Origin: Macrostomum lignano
Lineage: Eukaryota
Reading direction: 5' to 3'
DNA: 64,000 bases
Assembly (NCBI GenBank): GCA_002269645.1
Contig: NIVC01002259.1
Coordinates: forward strand, 124,001 to 188,000
Shown here: positions 43,001 through 55,000 of the stretch, piece by piece
How the letters are laid out: each line of letters opens with the position of its first letter
How positions within the stretch are numbered: position 1 is the first letter of the stretch
Position numbers and translations under genes: made by a program
Notes under the pieces: generated by a model
What the model saw: the letters and a program-made list of their open reading frames with translations, nothing else
Told to the model about the DNA's origin: nothing
The model's database searches: none

Positions 43001-46000
43001 AAAACACTTAGATTACTGCACTCGATAAGCTAAGGATTATTGCTCTTGGCAAACCAAGGAATACTGCACTCGATAAGCCAAGGATTATTGCTATTAATAA
43101 ACCAAGGACTATTGCTATTAATAAACCAAGGATTACTGCACTCAATAAACCAAGGACTATTGCTCTTGGCAAACCAAGGATTACTGCACTCGATAAGCCA
43201 AGGACTATTGCTCTTGGCAAACCAAGGATTACTGCACTCGATAAGCCATGGATTATTGCTATTAATAAACCAAGGATTACTGCACTCGATAAGCCAAGGA
43301 TTATTGCTATTAATAAACCAAGGATTACTGCACTCGATAAGCCAAGGATTATTGCTATTAATAAACCAAGGATTACTGCACTCAATAAACCAAGGACTTT
43401 TGCTCTTGGCAAACCAAGGATTACTGCACTTGATTAATCAAGGATTATTGCTATTAATAAACCAAGGATTACTGCACTCGATAAGCCAAGGATTATTGCT
43501 ATTAATAAACCAAGGATTACTGCACTCGATAAGCCATGGATTATTGCTATTAATAAACCAAGGATTACTGCACTCGATAAGCCAAGGATTATTGCTATTA
43601 ATAAACCAAGGATTACTGCACTCGATAAACCAAGGATTATTGCTATTAATAAACCAAGGATTATGCACTTGGCAAACCAAGGATTACTGCACTCGATAAG
43701 CCAAGGATTATTGCTATTAATAAACCAAAAATTACTGCACTCAATAAACCAAGGATTACTGCACTCGATAAGCCAAGGATTATTGCTATTAATAAACCAA
43801 AAATTACTGCACTCAATAAACCAAGGACTATTGCTATTAATAAACCAAGGATTACTGCACTCAATAAACCAAGGACTATTGCTCTTGGCAAACCAAGGAT
43901 TACTGCACTCGATAAGCCAAGGACTATTGCTCTTGGCAAACCAAGGATTACTGCACTCGATAAGCCAAGGATTATTGCTATTAATAAACCAAGGATTATT
44001 GCTATTAATAAACCAAGGATTACTGCACTCGATAAACCAAGGATTATTGCTATTAATAAACCAAGGATTATGCACTTGGCAAACCAAGGATTACTGCACT
44101 CGATAAGCCAAGGATTATTGCTATTAATAAACCAAGGATTACTGCACTCAATAAACCAAGAACTATTGCTCTTGGCAAACTAAGGATTACTGCACTCGAT
44201 AAGCCAAGGATTATTGCTATTAATAAACCAAGGATTACTGCACTCGATAAGCCAAGGATTATTGCTATTAATAAACCAAGGATTATTGCTATTAATAAAC
44301 CAAGGATTACTGCACTCGATAAACCAAGGATTATTGCTATTAATAAACCAAGGATTATGCACTTGGCAAACCAAGGATTACTGCACTCGATAAGCCAAGG
44401 ATTATTGCTATTAATAAACCAAGGATTACTGCACTCAATAAACCAAGAACTATTGCTCTTGGCAAACCAAGGATTACTGCACTTGATTAATCAAGGATTA
44501 TTGCTATTAATAAACCAAGGATTACTGCACTCGATAAGCCAAGGATTATTGCTATTAATAAACCAAGGATTACTGCACTCGATAAGCCAAGGATTATTGC
44601 TATTAATAAACCAAGGATTACTGCACTCGATAAGCCAAGGATTATTGCTATTAATAAACCATGAATTACTGCACTCGATAAGCCAAGGATTATTGCTATT
44701 AATAAACCAAGGATTACTGCACTCATAAGCCATGGATTATTGCTATTAATAAACCAAGGATTACTTACTGCACTTGGCAAACCAAGAATTACTGCACTCG
44801 ATAAGCCATGGATTATTGCTATTAATAAACCAAGGATTACTGCACTCGATAGCCAAGGATTACTGCGCTTGATAAGCTTGGCTACATGTATAGGATTATT
44901 TCTATCCAGGGATGCTTGCTATTTAGGGATTCTTGCTATGTGCAGGATGCTTGCTATCTGGAAGGATGCTTCTACATTATTTGGGTATGCTTGCTATCTG
45001 CAAGATGCTTGCTATCTGCAAGATGCTTGCTATCTGCAGATGCTTGCTATCTGCAGATGCTTGCTATCTGGGTGGATGCTTGCTAGGAGTATAAGGGGAT
45101 GCTTGCTACTGGGGGGATGCTTGCTGTCTTGGGAATATTTTCTATTTAGGGGTAATGACTAAAATTCATGAGAGCTAGCCTAGAGGTAAACAGACTAAAC
45201 TGCTAAATGCAGGGACGATGGTTCGAATTTTTAGAGAGAAGAGTTTTTTTTAATTAAAGCTTTTTAACGCCAAGACAAAAAAAATTATGGAAGCGTCATG
45301 TAAACAATCATACAACCGTCATGTAAACAATCATAGAAGCGTCATGTAAAAATCATAGAAGCGTCATGTAAAAATCATAGAAGCGTCATGTAAAAATCAT
45401 AGAAGCGTCATGTAAACAATCATAGAAGCGTCATGTTAAAATCATAAAAGCGTCATGTAAAATCATAAAAGCGTCATAAAAAATCATAGAAGCGTCATGC
45501 AAACAATCATAGAAGCGTCATGTTAAAATCACACAAGCGTCATGTAAACAATCATACAAGCGTCATGTAAACAATCATAGAAGCGTCATGTAAAAAATCA
45601 TAGAAGCGTCATGTTAATTCATAAAAGCGTCATAAAAAATCATAGAAGCGTCATGTAAACAATCATACAAGCGTCATGTAAACAATCATAGAAGCGTCAT
45701 GTAAACAATCATAGAAGCGTCATGTAAAAATCATAGAAGCGTCATGTAAACAATCATAGAAGCGTCATGTAAACAATCATAAAAGCGTCATGTAAACAAT
45801 CATAGAAGCGTCATGTAAACAAAAATAGAAGCGTCATGTAAACAATCATAGAAGCGTCATGTAAAAAATCATAGAAGCGTCATGTAAACAATCATAGAAG
45901 CGTCATGTAAAAATCATAGAAGCGTCATGAAAAAATCATAGAAGCGTCATGTAAAAATCATAGAAGCGTCATGTAAAAATCATAGAAGCGTCATGTAAAC

Positions 46001-49000
46001 AATCATAGAAGCGTCATGTTAAAATCAAAGAAGCGTCATGTAAACAATCATACAAGCGTCATGTAAACAATCATAGAAGCGTCATGTAAAAAATCATAGA
46101 AGCGTCATGTTAAAATCATAAAAGCGTCATAAAAAATCATAGAAGCGTCATGTAAACAATCATGGAAGCGTCATGTAAACAATCATAGAAGCGTCATGTA
46201 AAAATCATAGAAGCGTCATGTAAAAATCATAGAAGCGTCATGTAAACAATCATAGAAGCGTCATGTTAAAATCAAAGAAGCGTCATGTAAACAATCATAC
46301 AAGCGTCATGTAAACAATCATAGAAGCGTCATGTAAAAAATCATAGAAGCGTCATGTAAACAATCATACAAGCGTCATGTAAACAATCATAAAAGCGTCA
46401 TGTAAACAATCATAAAAGCGTCATGTAAACAAGCATAGAAGCGTCATGTAAACAATCATAAAAGCGTCATGTAAACAATCATAAAAGCGTCATGTAAACA
46501 AGCATAGAAGCGTCATGTTAACATAGAAGCGTCATGAAAAAATCACAGAAGCCTCATATAAAAACTAATGAAAGTGTGTCATTTAAAAAATTAAGAAGCA
46601 TCATGGAAGAATAAAAGAAGCGTAACGTAAAAATCAAAAGAAGCGTCATGTCAGACATGAAACAAGTGTCATAAAAATTAAATGAAGCTATAGTGCTGTG
46701 CTGGGAGAATCACTGAGACGTCAAGGCTCACAGAGAATAACTGAGATTACAGGGGGGTTTCTGAGATGTTAAAGCAAAAGTCAGAAGCTACTTCAAAGTA
46801 CATGTACTTTACTTAAGTTTTTTTATTGCATTCTTTGTTGGCTTGCCACGGTGGGGGGGGGGCGCTGATAGAAAAAGAGTCATGTAAAAATAAAAGGAGC
46901 ACTATGTATACATAAAATAAAAGTCATGTCAAAGTTAAAAGATTCATTTGGGAATTGCTACGATGTCAAAGCTTGGAGGGAATCGTTATAGTGCTGTGAT
47001 TCTTAAAGAAGGAATCATTTAAATGCCAAGGCTTAGGGAAGAAGAATTGCTGTGATTTCAAGGCTTTAGGTTGGGTGAAAGTTAGGTTTACGTCAGGTTT
47101 GGGTTGAGGGTTAGATTTTAGCGCGTTTCAAGGTTAACAGGGGATTTTTTAGATTTCAAGGTTTATGGGGGGCATCGCTGACATGTCAAGGCTTACGAGG
47201 GGAATCTATCTATCTATCTATCTATAGCTGAGATGTCAAGGCTCACGGGGAATAAATGAGATGTCAAGGCTAATGTCAGAAGCTACATGTAGTTTATTGG
47301 AAAAAAGTTATTACATTATTTGTTGGCTCCTCACGGGAGGGATCGCTGATAGAAAAAGCGTAATGTAAAAAAAAGAAGCTTCATGTCGAAGTTAAGAGAT
47401 TCATTTAGGAATCCCTACGATGTCGAGGCTTGCAGGGAATCGCTATAATGCTGTAGTAGTGCTATAATGACTCTTAGAGAGAATTACTGAAATTTCAATG
47501 CTTTAGGGTTAGGGTTAGGGTTAGGGTTAGGGTTAGGGTTAGAAAGTAGACAGATTTTTTAAGATTTCAAGGCTTATGGGAGCATCGCTGAGATGTCAAG
47601 GGGGAGTTGATATGTTAAGGCTTGTGGGGAGGGATTGCTGACATGTCAAGGCTTACAAGGGTACTGGTAGCGTACTGAAGCATACTGGTAGAAGTAGCTC
47701 TGAAAGAAGGCAAGTATGGTTGAATTTCAATGTCTGTTATAAAATTCTGCACAAACATGTTTTATTGGTACATAAGCCTGGAATTAAAATGAGAATTCGA
47801 TTCCTAGCCCCCTCCCTAAGAATTTTTTTTCACTTTAAAGGATTCGTCCCTTGCTTATTGGCCACCCCGAAGGGGGGCGCTAGATTGCTAGTAGGAAACT
47901 TAAGAAATGAGTTGGGAAAGGAGAGATAAGGGAAATTTAGAAAAGAGTAGATTAGATAAAGATTAGACAAGCACCTGGAGCCCAATACAAGTACAGCTTG
48001 TACTTTAACGCCCCCTCGCGTCCCGTCACCGCAGGCCGAACCCGTCAAGCGTGGTGGACATGAAGCAGATCTACGGCATCCAGAAGAACAGCCCCAACTA
48101 CGGCCTGTGCATGTGCATCGGGCAGCTGAGCTACCTGAGCGACATCACCACCATCAGCTGCAGCTCAGCTCCCGACTTGGCATTCCACCTGTTCCTCACG
48201 TCCCAGCTCTACCTGCCGCCCAATGTCTACACCATCTTCAGCACCAAGGTGTACAATCCGTACGCTGCCGACATGTTCACGGGTGACTCCATCGCTTTTG
48301 AACTGAGCATCCATCGGTACAGCATCGGCAGCGAGCCGGCCAAGATGAGCCCTGCTGAGTACACCGTCAGCGTTGACTTCGGCGACGGCACCAGTTCGGT
48401 GCTGAAGCAGAGCGTCTTCTCGCATGCGTACAGCAGCGACGGCCAGAAGACGGTGGCCATCAAGGTGGCCAGCATCTATGGGCAAAACTCTACGGAGATA
48501 ACGCTGACGATCAAGAGTGAGTTGGCTGAGTACTGTCGAACGTCTATAAAACTCCATGAATTTCCAATGGGTTCAAACCTATTAAGTGACATGCTGAACT
48601 GCACGAAAAAACTAGATATTCAACAGTGTGGGTGGAGGATGACTTTGTACATTCAGTGTACAGTAGGAGTACAGGCAATGGAACACCAAATCTCACTCAT
48701 CTACACCAAGCAGTAAGCAGCTTTGCTTGACGCTTTCGGAATAAAAGTGGACAACTAGGTTGACCTCCGGTTGTCAAGAAGAAGACTTGGTGTTGAAGAC
48801 TTCAGATCAGATCTCATTTCTCGCCTTCCAAAAACAGCGAAAACCCCATGACAGTACTTAAAGTAGTAGTAGCTTGAAGCAGTAGCTCATTGGTTCGAGC
48901 ATCTGAATCTCGCTGCTTGTGGGGAATGGCTGCCTGCCTATCTGAGGGTCGACTGTCGCCTGTTGTTCAGATTCCACCAGCAAATCAAACACGTTTCCCC

Positions 49001-52000
49001 ATCAACCGCAGACAAAGAGACTGAGGAGGCTGTGGACATCGACGTGGTCAAGATATTTCCGGCGCAGAGCGGCACGGACAAGAGCGTCGCCTACACCGCC
49101 GTGATCGCCGGTCGGCTATCCAAGACGGCCACTATCTACGTGAATGGCGTGCAGAAGGAGAAGTTCCAGGTAGCGGACTATTCCACGGTGAAGACCGGCA
49201 CCGTTGCGGTGGATGCGTTCGGTTTCTACAACATTAGCATGTGCGTGAACAACAGCCGGACATTAAAGTGCTCAAGCGCCGTGGTGCTCATTGGCGACAG
49301 GGTGAATCGCAGGGCCATGTGTATCGGCACGGCCGACACTGACGTGGTTAAGATTGAATTTCCCATGGTGGACTCGATCTTGAGCAAGCTGAAAGTTGTT
49401 AGCCAGCCTGATGGAGCCGTGGTTCCTCACACAACAGGGCCAAACTCTCTGAGCGTCCGGTGCGCCAGCCTGGCCGCGCTCGGCCCTAGAGATCTCCAAC
49501 TGATTGTGAAGTACGACTCGAACATGGTGGTGCTGCCTCTGCGTGTGCACATGAACACCTGCCCTACTGTGGCTATCGTGGCCACCAAGCTGAGCGGCCT
49601 CAAGGACGACACCTTCCCTGTGAAGTTTCGCGTCGTTGGAGTCGGTCGCTACGAGTTGCAGCTCTGCGACGGGCTGAAAGCTTGCGAGTTCCTTGTGGTT
49701 GACGGACTTAACGGCCAACTGGAGTTGGATCGGAACTACGTCTACGGCGCCACCGGGGTATTCAACGTCACCCTACGTGCTGCCAACGACGGCTGCGCCC
49801 GCGACTCTGCCGTGATGCTCGGCACGCAAGTGCCGTTCAAAGACGCCTACATCGTGGCCCAGCCGCTGAAGTCGCTGTCCGAGGACTTGGAGCTGTATCT
49901 TTATATCAACACGAAGTTCGGCCTGGCCATCGGCGGCGAGTCCAACTCTGTCGAGGTGCAGCTCACCGGAATGGAGGCCAAGACCTACTCGCTTGACGGC
50001 AACTTCGCCACCTTCGGCCCGTTCGTGCTCAAGTACAAGGTCTCAAACTTTGGCAAGTTCACCATCACCGCCGTCATGAAGAACCTCATCGGCAGCCTGA
50101 CCGTCACCAACCAGACCAGCGTGGGCGCCGAGATCAGCAACCCGGCTGTGCAGCTCATTCAGCCGGTCGGTGGCCCGAGCCGCTCCGTGCAGTTCGCTGT
50201 CACCATCTCCAAGGGCTTCCCGATCAGCTTCCAGCTCGGTGCTACCACAGAAGCCGGCGCCGCTGTTACCCAAACCATCAACAGCTTCAACCCGAACGAT
50301 TACGCTGACAACACCACCATCTACCTGTGGAGGCCCAAGCTGGCATGGGAAAACACCACGATTCCTCTGAGTCCATCCGGTGCCATCACCTACAGCCTCA
50401 CAACGGCAAACAGTCCACCAAAAAGTCTGGGCGCCGCCGACCCGGTGGGGACAATGACGGTGTCGCGGGGCGGCCGGCTGTTCATGTTCGCTCTGCTGGG
50501 CTACAACTTCCAGCTGGGAAGGAATTCCGTCACTCTGCGGCTGTCAAATGTGTTCAGCACCGACGGAGGCGCTGAGCTCAACATGTGCGGCAGCATCATC
50601 TACACGCTGAACACGGACTCCTGCGCCCAGGAGGTGGAGTTCCGCCGCGACGGCAGCCTTCTAGCATGGGATTCCGTCATCCAGGTGGAGATGAGCACCG
50701 CTCTGACTATCACGGCCAGCTACAGCAGCACCTGCAGCCCGTCTACCTACTATTTCAGCTGGCAAATTTTGAAGGTCCTGGACACCGGTGCTTCGCTAAA
50801 CGACCTGTTGAATTTGCAGCCGCTCAGCTACCAGTGCAGCGCGCCGCAGAGCGCCAGCTTCGTGCTGGACAAGTACGCCCTCACCTATGGCCTCTACCGT
50901 CTATCGGTGTTCCACAGCCCCACCAGCTATCCGGTGAACCTCCTGCCGAGGCAGCTGGGCACCATCAAGATTATCCCGTCCAGTTTAGTCTGCAGGTTCA
51001 AAGGCGAATCGGACATCGCCATCAGCCTGGGTGACATGCTCTACATTGACTACTCGCTGTGCCGCGACCCCGACGACTTCCTTGGCAACAACTCCGTGCG
51101 GGTGGTGGTCGCCTGCGTTGGCGATAGCAGCCCCGTGGTCTACAACAACCTCGACTGCTGCAGCCAGGACTTCGGCAACGAGAACCACTGGACCCAGATC
51201 GGCCTCTACCCGAACGGCACAACGCCGAGTCCCAACGCCGCCGACTTCAAAATGTACGACAAAAAAGGCAAGGGCAGCTGCTTCCCCAACCCGAACCTGC
51301 TCACCTACAAGGAGTCGGAGAAGGTCGTGCTAGCCGAGACGGAGGCGCTGAATAATAACGACATGATGAAGATGTGCATCTGCGGATTTGACAAGAAGTC
51401 TCGGCAAGCCTCCGACCAGGCGCGCCTGCAGGTGCTGAACATCAACAGCATCTCGGACGCCAACAACATCCTCACTAACTTGGACCCCACCAACCCGACC
51501 AAAGCGCTCTCCGTGATCTCCATGGTCAGCAGTACGTTTGTAAGTAGAGAGCAACTCTCGCCCCCTGACCACACTGCGGTCACTGCAAGCAAGCGCACCT
51601 CGATGCCAATTTCAGAAAGATTCCAACGACACAGACATGGTCCTGGCGGTGAAGGAGAGCGCCTGCGCCAAGGTTGATCAGGTGTCGCAGTTTCTAACCG
51701 ACCCAAATCAGGCCATCACGCTGAGTAAAACCCTGGTGACCATTACCACGGACGGGAGCAACGTCAATGCTCAGGTTCGTGTTGAACTCTTTAACTGTCA
51801 AAGCACTATTTCACCCCTCCATCCAAGGACTTCCAAAGTAGAGCCCTCAAAAATAGTCGAGCAGTAAAACTTCTGCAGCGTCTATTCAAATTCAGTTATG
51901 ATTTTCTGTTTATTGGCCACAAATACAATAATAACCGGATGGGCCACTCAATAAATTTACGTTTAAGCTACTTTCAGTTCAGTAGTAAGTTAAATAGAAG

Positions 52001-55000
52001 CATTTAAATGTGTTTTAGTTGCCCCCAGCTGAACCTTTCCCAATGTGCCTTTCCACTCAAAACTTCTACCCTCGCCCCAACATCCAACTTTTATTGCCCT
52101 TCCTCGCCCGGTGTTCCAGCCTGAAGCTGCGTGCCATGTACATTCTCATTGGCGCTGGGCCAATGTAAATTAGGGCTTCACCAATAGCAAGAGGCTGTTT
52201 ACGTCTGCAAGTCACTCCAACTGCCTTTCTTTTTATGAGCTAAAAACTAGCTTACAAATCTACCTTGCTACGTACGACTGTTTCATGCAAGCAAATGCAT
52301 GTCTGCCTGAGTGGCCCATCCACTTATTTAATATGTTTTAGGTCGGGGATTCGAATCCCGACCCACTTGTAACAATTTGTGTCGTTTAAGCAATACACTT
52401 AACCCTGCATCGCTTCAGTTCACCCAGCTATAAAATGGGTGCCAGCATTAGCTGGGGTAATTGAGGGTGGGTGTGGCGACCCCCCAGTCCTTGGACTGAA
52501 CAGCCGTACGCAGCCTTCAGATGCGCCGCGCAATAGCTGCGGCTGAGCTGTCGGTTGAACATGTGCCCATATCTGTGTTTTTGACGAGCTACTGTACTCT
52601 AATTATTTGCCGAAAAGTACAAAGTAGTAGCAGGTAAAAATCTCGCTTCAGACCGGATAGATTCCGAGAATTCTAGAGAAAAACTTATTCCGTGATTTCT
52701 TGATAACCCTCCCAGCAAGTACGTTTTGCACTCTATTATTCCTATTTTCAAGTTTGAAATGTCGAATATTTACGGAAAAGTTATACACAGCCTGTAAAAA
52801 CGGTCATTCCCATGTGTGCAGATCAGCTCAGCATCTGCGCTGGACAACACGGCCAAGAGCATGGCTTCCTTCCACTCCGCATCTCCGGAGCAGGTCGAGA
52901 CAGCCACCGGAGGTAGGCATATCCACTATTACTTGTGCTTTTTTTAAATTCAGAGTTTAGATTTATTGTTTCTATTAGAACGAAACCAGCAAACCAGATA
53001 AACAGACGCGCTTACAAACTACGCGCTTACAAATAACTAGATGGGGCCACTCAGGCACATTTAATTAGTAAAACAGCTTTCTACTTTCAGTTCAGTAGCA
53101 AAGAAGAATACAAAAGCTATTTTATAAAGGCAGCTGAAATTACTTTGAATCTTTGATAAGTTTAGAAGCCCAAGCTTCCAGGCGTAAACAACTTGCTAAT
53201 TGGTTCAGCAGTAATGTACATTAGCCAGTCCACTGAAATGCACATGGCAGCTTCTGACTGGAATTCTGATAAAGGCAATAAAATTGGGGTGCGCAGGGAG
53301 GGGTACTAAGGAAAGGCGCGGTTGGACGGTTTAGGCTTGGGGGGTAAGAGCCAATAAATGAGCCTTGGCTTTAAAAATACATTAAAATGCTTCAGTTTAA
53401 CTTACTACTGAACTGAAAGTAGCTTGCACGCAAATGTGCTGAGTGGCTTATCTAAGTATTCTACGAGCGTATTATCTGTGTTACTGATTAGCATTTTTAA
53501 TTTTCTTTGCAAATGCAGGCAGAAATTCTCAGTTTATTATTCATCCACCACGTCGCAGGCACCCTCGGCACAGTGGGCAACATCCAGCCCACCCTGACCC
53601 CGGCTGAAGAGGACATCCAGGCCTGCGTGAACAACATGGTGAACATTGTTGGCTGGTCGCCGGAGACCAGTCTGGACTGGTGCGACCCGGGCTCAGCGCC
53701 TGTCATGTCCATCGCCAGGCGTCGGCGGGCGGTCCGCGCGGCCCCGCTGGACCCCAGCCAGCACAAGGAGGAGCCCGAGAGGCCGAAGAGCACCAAGTGC
53801 CCGCTGCCTGACGGCGACTCGCTGCCGGACAATGTGTCAGTAGCTGGCTTCATCAGTAGCTGTTGCTCTTGAAATCTAGGTGGAGTCGATAGCCGAATGA
53901 GTCAGCGCATTCGCTACCTTGCCAGGGGTCGCCATCATTAACCCGAATTATCACAAACCCGAAATATCGACCATAAAACCGAGACTATCATAAGACCAAC
54001 GCTATTTTCGTTTTCGGCGTTAGCTTTGTGATATTTCGGGTTTGTGATGTCTCGGTTTTGTGATTATTTCGGGTTTGTGATGTCTCGGTTTTGTGATGTT
54101 TCGGTTTTGTGATGTTTCGGTTTTGTGATGTTTCGGTTTTGTGATATTTCGGGTTTGTGATGTTTCGGTTTTGTGATGTTTCGGTTTTGTGATATTTCGG
54201 GTTTGTGATGTTTCGGTTTTGTGATGTTTCGGTTTTGTGATGTTTCGGTTTTGTGATATTTCGGGTTTGTGATGTTTCGGTTTTGTGATGTTTCGGTTTT
54301 GTGATGTTTCGGTTTTGTGATGTTTCGGTTTTGTGTTATTTCGGGTTTGAGATGTTTCGGTTTTGTGATGTTTCGGTTTTGTGATGTTTCGGGTTTGTGA
54401 TGATTCGGTTTTGAGATGTTTCGATTTTGTGATATTTCAAACTTGTGATGCCCCCCCTTGCTATAGCACTGCAAGTTAAGCTGAATTGGCCTCGGTTAGT
54501 ACTGACCACTGAGCAGGCACACGCTCACACAGGGTGTACAGCGGGCCAGACTTTTCCCATCGTTTGTCCTTGGAGGCTGATCTTCATGAGCAAAAATAGC
54601 ACTACAAATTTTAGAATTTTTTATCTTTTAATTGACGATGCTTATAATTCATCATAATTTAGCAACAGAAAAATATGAATTTAATCATGGATTAAAACAA
54701 CAAAATTCAATCCCTTGCAGATTTAGCTGCATAAAGAACTGCACCCAGCTGCAGAATCTGTTAAAGTACATGATGCCCGATATGCGAAACGAGCTGTGCA
54801 GCGAGAAGTACCAGGCTCTGCTGGGCCAGCAGGAGCAGAGGAAAAAAGCGGTAAGTGACGTTTTAAGTATCAATAAACGCAACCTGTTATTTGATAACAC
54901 AGGAATTTTTCTAATTGCTTTCCATCGCCTGCAGAAAGCTCAAATTTCTACGAAATCGATGAGTTCGCTGAAGACCTGCTCGGCCACCTCGTTGGGCAAG

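Larger units (their letters stand above)
42314..47891 (+). mobile_element. Non-autonomous Helitron, copy 2 (5.6 kb), head-to-tail with copy 1, with expanded satellite cargo
   Basis: Starts TCCATATACTAAAAATGG immediately after the CTAG of copy 1; shares the 5' ~600 bp and 3' modules; ends GCCACCCC-GAA-GGGGGGCGCTAGATTGCTAG|T. Confidence 0.8.

Noticed and set aside
42020-47540. TTAGGG runs as a chromosome end or fusion site
   Set aside because: Short, at equivalent positions inside both Helitron copies and within an intron of an intact gene.
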